A DNA stretch of 61,285 nucleotides, the filler included, from Sphacelaria rigidula (lineage: Eukaryota), in NCBI GenBank assembly GCA_964200075.2. It is 6 parts of 6 records of this genome, joined end to end, with 100 filler letters (N's around TTAATTAATTAA, not from the genome) between each part and the next. Parts side by side here need not be neighbours in the genome. Positions count along the whole stretch, not along the records: positions 20,465 to 30,595 come from CAXNAA020007069.1; positions 30,696 to 40,825 come from CAXNAA020007070.1; 4 more parts are not named here. One strand, written 5' to 3'. A model generated the notes under the pieces. The model was not told the DNA's origin, made no database searches, and worked only from the letters and a program-made list of their open reading frames with translations. This document shows, one piece after another, positions 24,203 to 36,146 of this stretch (positions are counted from its first letter, which is position 1; the number at the start of each line of letters is the position of its first letter). The translations under genes and the position numbers were made by a program.

Positions 24203-25759
24203 CTATAGCTCCAGCAGTCGTAGATGGTGATCGTCTTCAGTAATTCTTCGATCGTCGTCCGATGTAGGTCGCCCTGTTGTGATGTCGTAGAAGATGGTCC
24301 TGGGGGAGAGGGGAGGGTAAACAATGCTACAGAAAAAAGGGGGGGCAATAGTTGCGACGAAGGAGCGTGGTTCAAAGCGGGGCGTGGACGTCGTGGGTGT
24401 GGTCGACGTTGCGCTGCAGACCGCGGCGAAGTCCTTTGGACTCAAGCGCTGGAGACACCAGGATCCGCGTGGTGCAGATGGGCTGGTGGCGTACAGTGCT
24501 GGCCGGAGCTTGAGCTGTATGAGTCCAGGGTCATCGATGAAGCGCACGATGTATCTGTCGGCCGAAACCAGGTTAGCTGAGTGGGTGTGATCCAACCACC
24601 AGAGGTTGTCGCTGCCTTTGAACCAAAGGTAGCTACTCTTGGATAGTATTCGCTGGTTTGCGAAGAACTTCGTCGTACAAGCCTTGGTGGGTTCAAGTAC
24701 GTAACGATCGGCGACGAAGCGTAGTTCCTGATCGCGGTGAAGTTCGCGGGCTGCTGCGCCACGACGCATGTTGCAATATTGCTTGTTATGAGCAAGATGT
24801 TGATGTTGGGATTGCGTCCAGTACAGGAGGGTTGCACGGCGGTGCAATTGAAGGTCCGATTCACGTTCCCAAGACGCTCTCCGGAGACCGTGCCAGTGTG
24901 TCTTATACGTGAAAGATATTTTGCCACCTCGGCCACGATTTACGTCGTGGCCGGAGATGGAGGACACGGTCAATCGGAGGGACTGTTCCGTCACGTCGTC
25001 GGTTGTAACGTGGTAGGGCGGGGACTTGGTCGAGCAGCGGTTGAGAACATACTGTGTGAGTCTGGCAGGCAGGTACTTGGGCATGTCACCTGTATCATGC
25101 GGGTTCGTGCAGGGTTGGCATCTGTGCACGGAGACGCGGGGTTTGGTGTCCCTGCCCTGGAAGTCGCGAGGCAAGTCGAGATAGAGCAGTTTGTCACCAG
25201 CGGATTTATTATTCGGTGAGGATGACGATGGTCCGACTGTCAAGATCTTGAATGGTCCTGTCCAATTGAGGGACAATTTTGTCTTCGAAATTGTTTCGTT
25301 GACTGTCTTGCTAGTGCCTTGGCGGATGGTCGACAAACTGTTGTAGATCCAAACCCAATCACCAACTTTCCAGTTGAGGCGTTTGTGCATGAGGTTGTAG
25401 AGAGCAGTGTTAGGTCTCTCTAGGCGCGAAGCATCGATAGCGTGTTGTTCGCGCACAAAGATAAACGCTTTGCGTTGTCGTGCATGCGCCAGCTCGTGGT
25501 AGGATATTTGATCCTGATCGAATCCTTGGTGGCCGTCGAACGTGTGTCGCTCAGAGACGGTCATGGGCAGCCGAGGGTAACGTCCAAGATGGAGTTCGTT
25601 CGGAGAAAGGCCTGTGGCGGCGTTAACCGAGTTGTTGTAGGACAACATGATGTACGAGAGATGTATGCCCCAGTTATTTTGGCGGTCGTTGACAACCATA
25701 GAGATCATCTGGGCCATGGTGTGATTAACTCTTTCGGTACCAGCGTAACCGTTCGGGTG
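24203..25759 (-). pseudogene. pol: Integrase C-terminal half (rve end, GPF, chromo-like domain, C-terminal extension)
   Basis: Long open frame from HPNGYAGTERVNHTMAQM to GSWCLQR. The N-terminal residues of the 550-aa ORF call come from the inserted element. Confidence 0.93.
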
Positions 25760-28455
25760 CACACGTGGACAGATAGCACTCTGTGGAGGGGGTCTACAGG
25801 GTTTACGTACCCTGCGCAGTGTTTCTGGCNNNNNNNNNNTTTTCCAGCGTAGCACAGGACGCTCCAGAGGGTTTCCCTACAGTGGTCATGAATAGTGTGC
25901 ATCACAGGGTTCCTCTCCACAGGGTTTCTCTACAGTGGTCATGAATAGCGTGAATCACAGGGTTCCGTCGCCCCGTTAAGAGTTCATCGCTGCTGGGAAT
26001 GTTGTGCAGTGTGTTTACGCACAAACACTATACTTTTCACATGCAACTGCGGGCGCAAGGTTCTGGCGGAAAAAAGAACTGATTAGATTGGACGGAGAAT
26101 CGATCCCTGACCTTCATCGTTGTACAGTCACTGTCTTACACACGGAGCTACGCGTGGTGGTCGTGAAGGATTGAACAATTTTTTTGTACTTCCGAATTTT
26201 GGGGCCCTCGAAGGTTCGTGTCAATAAAACTGAAATCCCCCGAATTGTTTTTAGAGGCACGAGTGTAATGGAAATCTGAAATTTGGACAGCCGCTGCTGT
26301 TCGAAATAGATCCTAATTTCAAAACTTGGAATAGGGCAAAAAGGATTCATTCGAAATAGATCCTAATTCCAAACTTGGAATATAGGGGGAAAAGGATTCA
26401 TTTCGAAGAGCTTCAGCTGTACAGATAATCCCATATACACTGTATATAGCAGATGGAATTTGTCCACCACCAAGAACACCTGAAATTGGGTGGAGAAAGA
26501 ACTTGCTCGCGAGCAGCTTCAGCTGTTCAAGTCCTATATACTGCACGCGCAAGCTTTTGTTGAAGCTGACGTCATGATATCAGATCGCAATTGACCTCGC
26601 TGATAGATGCATACACCTGATGAAAACTCCGTAGTCCCGCGTCGACGAAACTAAAACAATATACAGGGGATAATGAAACATCGATCTTATCGCATACTGC
26701 GTAATCAGGATATATATATTCACAACAATAAACTATACTGGACTGTACGATACCATTGCATGCGGGACAGTGCGCTATACCGCCGTGCTTATACGTGCGG
26801 CGCTATGTACTGCAGATGGCTGGCTATAAATACAATGTAGATGCCTGTAGCTTATTTTGATATATGGGGCGGATTTTATATACCGTCACGAACTCCAGTT
26901 TTTTACGCTCGTTCCACATCATATTTGTGCGCACAGCTGCTGCAGCACAGTAAGTAGGGCGTGAAAGGGAAGGGGAAACGTACACAGTACAGACAGCGCA
27001 GGACAATGTGTATATGTATGTTCTCTACATACAGTGCGACGTGAAAAGGACTTGAACAACGTGCAGCATATCGTACGCGCGGCCTGTATGCTGCACTACA
27101 GTATGTTATATCGCGGTGCGTCCGCGATCGGCAGCATGCATATGATGGTGAGTGTGTATGTGCATAACATAGGCGGCCGGTTGATTATTGTTCCTCGCAC
27201 CCGCGCCTGTATACGCACCCCGCGTATATGTCGTTGCCGCGCGATGTCGCGATAATGAAAGAAGTAGGTGTTCAAGTTTCCACCAACGAGAAATACATCA
27301 TATCCATCCGCACGGCAGTGTGTATGTGTCTATATCCCTGTGCCCAACCCGTGCTCTTTGCTGCGGGGTTGTGGTGGTATAGCTGGGCGGAATAATAACA
27401 CTGTTGTGCGGGCGGGTGCATTTATTGATGCTCGATTGTGTGCGGTGATGCAGAGTGATGGTCCATATATACTAATAATATACGATTGATCAAGTGATAT
27501 TTTTTAAACATGGTTCGTGTTGGTAGAGGACGGAAGACGTTTTTTTTTAATGTAAATAGATTGGTGAGGTATACCCGATCATCTGGCATCTTCCCACCTT
27601 CCCAGGGGCTTCAGACGAAGCACAGGTTTGGACATACACACGTATCCAACGTGTGGGATCTCTATTCAGCAAAAGCGGTTGAGAGCTATTCATCCTTCAG
27701 CCCATGTACACGTGGACTGGGGGGCAAAAGGATGAATACCTTTCAGCAACTTTCTCTGCGTGTCGGATCCCATGCGCTGGTAGCGATGCAGTATGCGGGA
27801 TTTGCCGAGCAGCTGACGCTGTTCGCCATAAATCTCTTTTCCCCTAATCTCTGGATTAATTCGAGGCAAAAGTAAATATTTATGTCGAGCTTTTTCCGCC
27901 GGTCAAATTCCGAATCTGCCAGTGCGCATGGTATTTGCGCAGTAGAAGGAGCTGTTCGAAATAGATCCTTTTTTCGCTCATCTCAAAAATGAGCGAAAAA
28001 AGGATCGATCTTGAACAGCTTCTTCTGCTGTTCTATATAATTTGTTTTTGCCGAAATAAATCGGACGAGAAAAGGATCTGTCTTGAAGAGCTTGTCCTGC
28101 TGTCCGAAATAAATTCCTTTTAGCTCCATTCAAATCGGGTGAAGAGAAACTTACCTCGGACAGGAGGACAAGCTATTGAAGATATATTAACTTACAGATT
28201 TTGTACCAAAATATTTGGAATGTTCAAAAGAAAAACTTGAGGTTTTCCCACCAAAGCACTACCACATGACTGTGCAGGGCTTTGCTGACGTGCCTACACA
28301 GGGCTGCAGATCCAATCCTGGGGAAAACCCTATCAAAACGCTACAAGGGGTACAGAGTTTGCATTTCACTGTCAGGGTTTTTTCACAAAGACTGTGGAGG
28401 ACCCTGTACGGACCCTGCACAGTGCGCCCCACAGGGTGCTATCTGTCCACGTGTG
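25760..28455. mobile_element. Non-autonomous CACTA/EnSpm(CMC)-like TIR element inserted in the integrase
   Basis: TIR cacacgtggacagatagcac(t/c)ctgtgg at both ends. 2-bp TSD (TG). Subterminal acagggtt/accctg repeats. Removing it restores S-A-Y-H-P-N. Confidence 0.88.
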
Positions 28456-30510
28456 TGGTAGGCGCTCGTGGCAATTTTGCGGATGCCCAGGAGCTTGGAA
28501 AGCTTATCAGAGAGATCTGAGCAAAAGGTTTTACCATTGTCTGAAAGGAGTCGCTTTGGGCAACCGTAGCGCTTAATGTAGTCGTGGACCAATATGTCGG
28601 CCGTTCCGACGGCAGTGAAATCTGCGGCGGTTACCGCGTACATGGACGCGTGGCGGCTGAACCGGTCAGTAAAGAGTAAGATGTAGGTGTTGCCGCGACC
28701 TGTAGCCGGTAGAGGGCCAAAGTAGTCAAAGGACACAAGGTGGCCTGGCTCGTTGGAGAGTCCCATAGAGATGACGGGCCAGCGTACTGTCTGCCGTGAA
28801 GTCTTTCGGGCTTGGCATTGGAAGCATCGCCGAATCCAGAAGCGGGTGGAAATTTCCATGCCAACCCACCAGTAGTAGAAGCGTTCCAAGAGCGCTAGGG
28901 TGTGGATGACGCCAAGGTGACATGCCAAGTCTGTGTGGCAGCCTTTCATGACCCAGGGGCGCAATAATAATGGGACATATATGCGCGTTGATTCGTCACC
29001 GAGTAGTCGTGCGTAGCGTCCCGTGGTTGAGACGGAAATTGCGCCTGTCAAAGGCGTGGCGCGTTGCACGAGTAGTTGTACACCTTCATCCGTAGTAAAA
29101 GGGTGCCTTTACGCACCAGCTCGTATACAACAGAAATAAGTGGTGGTGGGAGTGTGCCAACCGGGGCCAGAAGCGCGGATGGAAAAGGTACTGGGCAGTC
29201 GAGTTGTAAATATCGGATGGCTGCACGACATAGCGGTTCCGCGCTTTGTTCGCAAGCCCAATCGCGGTGAGAGTAGCTGGCGACAAATTCGCGTAGTTGA
29301 TCTTCCGCTGGCGAGCCGACCAAACATGGTGGGGTAGGCAGCGGGGGAATAGGCAATGGGGCAGGAGTACTGACGTCAATATCTGCCCCAGGAGCAGGAG
29401 CTGCACCGCCAGCTCCATGCCCAGCAGTGGTAGATGTTGGTGGCGCCGTGATAGGCGGCGGGGCTGTAGTAGTGCGCGGCGAAGATTGATCGCGGCACGT
29501 AGTGCACGTTGCAAGGGTGTTCGAGGAGCGTTGCGTGCTGGTCCGTGGGGCCCGTGTTGCATGGCTCGTGGAATGTGCAGGTGTTATCGGTGGCGGCGGG
29601 GCACTCGGGATGGTGCGGGCGGCAGACCGGGAGCGCGTGTTGTCGGAAATTAGGTGGGTGACCGAAGGTGTCTACGTGAAGAGCTTGGCGCGAGTATCGA
29701 AAATGTGGGAATCGACAAAATCGAAGGTAGTGGGCTTTAACCCACCCAAGACGGCGTCATATGATAGAGGGCGAGGTCAGCCATATGCATACCAGTTTCT
29801 GGGCACTGGAGGTCGAGGGCGTAAACAGGCGTTGAAACACGTCTAACCCCGTAAATTCCAGGTTCATCGGGTTCCGTTAAACGGCAAACCGGGCTGGAAT
29901 CTACGACCGTAGGCGGCAGGGGTAGCGAGAATGAAGATCAGCGTTCCCGTTGGTTTTGCCTGGATGGTGCTAAATGGTGCATTGGTACCTTGTTGGAAAC
30001 TCCAACCATCGTTGTACACACGGGTTCTGTTCTCCAACCTTGGCGAGTTGTTCGAGTGCCCCATGATCCGTGTAGATCTCGAAGGGCACGTGAAACAAAT
30101 ATTGTCGAAGGTGTTGAATGGCCCAAGTGATTTTCTCCGCCTTCCAGTTCTAGCGAGCTCCAATTGGCCTCGTTGAGCAGGGTAGCGCGGCTGATATAAA
30201 GGATGGGTCGGGTGGAGCCATCAACCTGAGGTTGATTCAAAACTCCTCCAAATCCGTTAATGCTGACGTCAGTGTGGAGTTGGAAAAAGCGAGAGCCATC
30301 TTGTACTGCCTCCCAATCAGGAAAGCAGAGTACCGGCTTTTCGGTAAGCGTCTTGAGTAATTCGCGGGTGATATTCTCCGTTCCGGTTGTAAAGGAAAAC
30401 ACAGCTCCTTTCTTCAGTAGCTCAGTAAGGGGGCGAATCCGTTTTGAGAGATTCGGCAAAAATTTGCGGTAGTAGAATTGTCCGCCCAACAATGAGCGAA
30501 GTTGAGAAAT
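28456..30510 (-). pseudogene. pol: pol fragment: RT thumb, RNase H, Pro-rich linker, integrase N-terminal half
   Basis: ORFs 29938-30492, 29864-30163, 29048-29356 and 28383-29069, linked by frameshifts. Confidence 0.92.
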
Positions 30511-30595
30511 AACAACAAATGAATCATCCTACGATAGGGGGGGGGGTATTTGGTTGCACGAAAAAAGAGGCTCGTAAGTGTGTCAGACATCCTTC

Positions 30596-30695
30596 NNNNN
30601 NNNNNNNNNNNNNNNNNNNNNNNNNNNNNNNNNNNNNNNTTAATTAATTAANNNNNNNNNNNNNNNNNNNNNNNNNNNNNNNNNNNNNNNNNNNN
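30596..30695. other. Artificial contig-joining linker
   Basis: Same N44-TTAATTAATTAA-N44 structure. Confidence 0.98.
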
Positions 30696-30780
30696 GTGGG
30701 GAAAGCACTGTTTTAGGCTTGAGCCTCATCTCGAAGTTAAACCTCAATTCTCACAATTTGTTGTTTCATGATGTTTTGTT

Positions 30781-32062
30781 CACAACGAGCAACGACTGGT
30801 GAGCTTGACGAATTATTTTTCGCCACAAAGATCGATGACTTTTGTGCTCCAGTCAGGTATTTTTTTTGTCACAACTGACAATGGCCCGTGTTCTAGGTAC
30901 AGTAATGTGTCATTGGTCACGACGAACAATGACTCATGTGCTCGAGAATGTGTTTTTCGCAACGAGCGATGACTCGTGTTCTAGAGTGTATTGTTTGTCA
31001 CAACGAGCAGTGACTCGGGTGTTCGGATCTCCGTCTTTGTTCACAACGAGCAATGACTCGTGCGCTTGAGTCATTATTTTTTGTCACAAAGATCGATGAA
31101 TCTTGCACTCCAGTCACTTATCTTCTCTCACAACTATGATCCGTGTTCCAGGGTCATGTATCATTGGTCACAGTAAGCAACGACTCGTGTGCTGAAGATT
31201 TTGTTTTCGCAACGAGCGATGACTAATGTTTCAGAGTATTTTTTTGGCACAACGGTCGACTAGTCATGTTTTAGAGTCCTTCATTTTTTTCTCACAACGA
31301 GCATCGACTCGGGTGTTCGAGTATTGATTTTTCGGCACATCGAGCAACGACTCGTGCGTTTCAGTCATCTTGTTTATGTCACAACGAGCGATCACTCGTG
31401 TTCTAGAGTATATTGTTTGTCACAACGAGCAATGACTCGGGTGTTCCTAAGCCTTCGTCTTTGTTCACCACGAGCAATGACTCGTGCGCTGAAGCATTGT
31501 TTTTAGTCACAAAGATCGATGAATCTTGCACGCCAGTCATGTGTGTCTTCTGTCACAGCTAACAATGACCCGCGTTCTAGGGCCATGTATTTTTTGTCAC
31601 AACAAGCAATGACCCGTGTGCTCGAAGTTATGTTTTCGCAATGAGCGATTACTACTGTTCCAGAGTATATTTTTTGTCGCAACGAGCGACTAGTCGTGTT
31701 CTAGAGTCTTTTACGTTTTGTCAAAACCATAAATGACTCGGGTATTATTCGTGTGTTGTTTTTTTTCCACTACAAACAACAACTCGTGTCCTCGAGTCAC
31801 GTACTGTTTTTCACAACAAGCGGTGGGCCGAACGCACGACGGGTCACGTGCCCGAGACATTCTCCTTTCTTAACGAGCAACGACTCGAGCGCTTGGGTAA
31901 TGTATGTTTATTCACAACGAGCGATGACTCGTATGCGCGAGTCCTCATACCACAACGAACAATGACTCGTGTGCTCGAGTCGTAGTTTGTTTTTCACAAC
32001 GAACGATGACTCGAGTGTTCGCTCTGTTCGATTTTTCCACAACCCGCGGTGACTCGAGTGTG
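30781..32062. repeat. Tandem array of ~30 units of ~43 bp with higher-order structure
   Basis: Consensus approx. CACAACGAGCAATGACTCGTGTGCTCGAGTCATnTATTTTTTGT. The variant unit cacaaagatcgatga recurs at 30824, 31085 and 31508. Confidence 0.93.
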
Positions 32063-32118
32063 ATGGGACGAATCCAGTCGGTACATGCCAACGAACTCCA
32101 CCACACCGCAAATTTCAG

Positions 32119-35100
32119 ATGTCAACCGCGCCATGGCGATAACGTATAGTATGCAATGGCGCTCCCTCACAGAATACATGACGATGCGAGTGCTTCGATA
32201 CTTCACGTCGCAGGAATCGCGGCGGCGTTCGGGTGAGGAAAGAACCCCAGCGCGAGAAAGCTCTCCTTGCGTTCCTAGACTGGTATGCCGACGTATACGG
32301 TCAGCACATGCCGCACGAGAATGCAACATATCTCTACATGCGCAACAAAAAGGTACGTGAATGCGGCACTCGGCGGGTCGCTCTCATTCCTGACGCGAGC
32401 GGCATCGACTCACGCGGTCATCGTTCCGCATGCACACGATACCGACACCCGCTACGGTCGTTGACGGACTGAGCACATTCTGTTTTGTAGCTAGCTGGCG
32501 TATCCGTCGAACATGAAGAATATTATCGGTAGTCGCTCTCCGAAACCGAGATACATATATTTTTGGAGAGTGCCAGGGAAGCTTGTATCGTTTCCCGTGG
32601 GTAGTCACCTGTCCACTGTCAAGGCCACACCTACGCAGAAGCGAACGATATCGTTTGTATTCCCGCACCACCTCGGTATATCCCGCCCGACACGATCTAC
32701 GACATATCGCAGGAACTATACGACACCTTCGTCGCGGAGGCGATTCGCGTCGGAGAGACGGTGGTCAGCCGAAGCTACTTTTACCAGAGGCCGCGCGAAC
32801 ACTGACCTAACTACAAGATGCGATCCGGTTGCTCATTCATGAAATGCCACAGCTGCACACTGTACCACGACACCCCAAATGGTACCGCAGGCGTGAGAGT
32901 GACGGCAGACCCCCCGACGATGGAGAGTGCGAAGGCAGCGCAAGCCGCGCAAATGAAGGCAAGAAAATCAATAGCTCTCTTTGTTGACTAACGATATTCC
33001 GGAGCAAGGGCGCTGCCATGATATGATTGGTAAAACACATCCATGTCGTCCGTCGAGTCAGGCCCGCTGTCATATCACCATATTATAGTATTCACCTGTT
33101 CCGCAGGAACGTCCGACGGGGTTCCTCATCACAAGCTTTAACTCTCGGAGTATCATTCCCGGGCCTTGCTTCTGTTGCGCCGCACTTGGTTACTCACCGA
33201 TTGTCTTTTGTCGCCAGCTGTTTTACGTGTTCTTTTCCATATGCATTTTTTTCGCTCTCGGTTTGTTCACGGAACATGGCGAGTGCTCCGGTATCAACTT
33301 ATCACGCTGCAGGCGCGTTGAATATCAAACGCCTGCGCCATTCCGCCCCGCTTCCGTATCACGGCATGGGATCGATCGCTGAAGGGGCACTGACCCGCGT
33401 GTCGTCGTGCCCTAGACACAGTTACAGTGGCCCTGAGTTATGACCGTGCATGAACACACAAACATTCTGAATCATTATGGTCAAGAAACAAACAGAAACA
33501 GTCCCACTCAGCTACTTGCACTTCGAAGTGGTCCTCTCAAGATGACACCACGCAAATGTCTCGTCATCCTCTCAGGCGTTGACAGCAGACCGAGAGCAAC
33601 TTGCTTCTATCAGCTCCGGAGCCATTCGAGCAAAGGCGAACATGGATCCACTCAAGTTCATCTCCATGCAAGCGGACGCAGCGGCCCAGACGGCGTTCGC
33701 GTTACCGATGTGCTCGCCGATGACCCACGGGACAGACAGGTTAGCGAGCAATTGCCACTGCAGCACAGCAGCCGCACTTGCCTTCCCCCCTCACCCCCTT
33801 CCCCGCGCGCTCACTCGTAGCCCATTGAATTCCGTGAGCCACACAAGGGGTAGGTCGCACTCCCCCCTACATTTATTTACAACGGGGGCGTGTCTATCGC
33901 ACAAGCTACACGATGAAAGGAGGCACACAAAAATCACGTCCTGGGATCATAGCAACCGTTGAGTGGATGGACGACCAACGCTTGTACTCTGATACGTTAT
34001 CGTTCACAGATAGGCCTGGCCATTCGCCTTATCCACAGGGATTGGTATACTACACCCTGTGCAGGTGAGGTGGCCCACGTCGTTACTCGCACAGAATTGC
34101 TACCCTGACTCATGCCCCAGAGTTCGGGGTGGTGATCGACTCGGGAGTTGCTTCAATCTTTTGAGACGATCCCCTAGGTGCTGGCCGGCCCTCGCCTCAA
34201 GCACGAACGTCATACATTTCTCCTGATTTGTCGGCGACCATTTGCCATCGTGCTGGTCAATGATCTAGCGTTTGTACTGATGGACGACAGAAAGAAACAC
34301 ATCGCCAGAATGTGTTGTCCAAGAGGTTTAGACATCGAACAAAATTCAATAAATGCCATCCGTGCGCTGAATGATCGGCGCTTTCTGAGCTGCGTTCGTG
34401 CTGATCTCGATATCCTCCCAAAGTTTCGTTTTGTTCTCGAACTTTTTCTGTTCGGAATTTGGACGCAATCAAAATAACGCGAACGTACAGTTCAACTGGT
34501 ATTGCTTCGCATCTCGCTGTTGATGTCGACAATGGTTCGCGCGCGTTCTTGCCGTTGGTATCAACGTTTGTCACGACTGGCAGTGGATATGTGGAACGTC
34601 AAAAGATCATGGCGGTCCTGGTGGAAGGGCAGTTCGTGGAGTTCTTCCTGTCTCCCCTGACAGTTGGAGGGGGTGAGTTGTGCTATTTCCCACGCGATTC
34701 ACACGCACACACGCACCGATACAAGTCATAGTTCATTCGCTATGTGAACATCGGGTATATGTCCGATCCTCTCCTGGCCGACGGTCCCGGCGAATACGTG
34801 AACATCAACGACCCTGACGCCGTCGATAGTCGCCTCTGTACAGGGAGCAACCTTATTTGTACTTCAATCCACCTGGCGCACACCAGATTTTTCAACTTAC
34901 GCTGCGACGGCGATACACCAGCTCACATCGACCAGTTGTTCCTGCAGCTCGACAACTGCGTCGGGGAGAACAAACATCACATCGTGCTGGCGTATCTCGG
35001 ATTTCTGGTGGCCCGCGGGACGATGGGTCGGGTCGAGATAAAGTTTATGATGGTCGGTCATACACATATCATGATCGACCAAGTATTCTCAAGGTGCGTC

Positions 35101-36113
35101 GGGGCGTCAACTACAAATTATTTTTTGTTCGCGACACAACTATTTCTCTCCGCTTGGTTGTCACAACCGTTGCAGGCTATCCCCAGACACGATGCGGGGG
35201 AAGAGCCCTCACGACTTGTGCGTCGGGATGAAGAGGCGGCACCGTTTTACCGTCGCCAACGTAACAATGTAGGCGTAATACCACGGCGTAGGTCAGTCAA
35301 TATTTAATCGAAGTTCGCCATCTTTTTTCCGTTTGCTGAGCAGGTTGGTTTCCCTTGTACGACTATTCCTGTCCTTGTTGGTCTCCGTTTTAGAATCGTG
35401 CGGTGCTTCCTCGCCATTGGTAGGGCAAGGCTCCGGACAAATTTTACCTGCGACACGCGAGAAAAGAAATATACTTGACGCAAGCCGGCAATGACACATT
35501 CTTGATTGTTTTAACAGGATTTCAGTACACTGCAAGAGGGTTTGTCTGTTCACGAGACGACAGCAAGCAGCAGTATTCCGCAGGGCATACACGACCCTGC
35601 CAGTGTTCACCACAACTCTTCGCTCCCTGGGGAACTTCAAAGGCGCTGTCAGTGTAGGTGGCCGCGTGGTGCCCATCCGTGGGGTGACTCAGCCCCGTTC
35701 ATTCGAAATCCGCCCAGCAGAGACTGAGCAGGTCACTGTGGGCACGAAGAAAAACATGCATGACGCGGTTTTCAGAGGGAAAACGCCCGCGGGGATCTAC
35801 GAGGGAGCCCCTCACCCACTCTTCCGCATGGGTGTTCCAGATGTTGAGTGCGCACCTCCATTCGAGCCTAAGGAGGAGGACGCCGCGGTGCGACAGAACA
35901 TCAAGGCTCGCTACGACGCCGTGCACTGTCGACTGGCCACCCTCTACCCTCTCGGTGCGTGTCGATCGCACTCACCCCGCGCAATCATGCAATACCATGA
36001 TCGCTCTTCGTTGCATTTCCCGCGCACAATGCTGACCGTGACCCTGGAATTCTATTACCCTTGTCCTCCAATCTCGTCCCCAAATGGAGTCCACCCAATC
36101 CTCAAGACCCCAC

Positions 36114-36146
<33 letters not shown>

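Larger units (their letters stand above)
23275..30510 (-). mobile_element. 5'-truncated Ty3/Gypsy retrotransposon (RT thumb-RNaseH-INT-3'LTR) with a nested insertion
   Basis: ISQLRSLLGG, YYRKFLPNLS; LHTDVSINGFGGVL, RPILYISR; CHTDLACHLG, CFQCQARK; FDYFGPLP, FTDRFSRH, LLSDNG, TSAYH then PNGYAGTERVNHT; LNWTGPFKI. Confidence 0.95.

Noticed and set aside
26617..26652. Hammerhead ribozyme core (CTGATGA...GAAAC)
   Set aside because: Stem II does not pair and no stem I/III with an NUH cleavage triplet could be built. Other CTGATGA hits (16518; 22560, 23649 and 43333 on minus) lack a properly placed GAAA.
30781..32062. CRISPR array
   Set aside because: Units are degenerate along their whole length, the variable parts recur in higher-order blocks instead of being unique spacers, no cas genes are present, and the context is eukaryotic.
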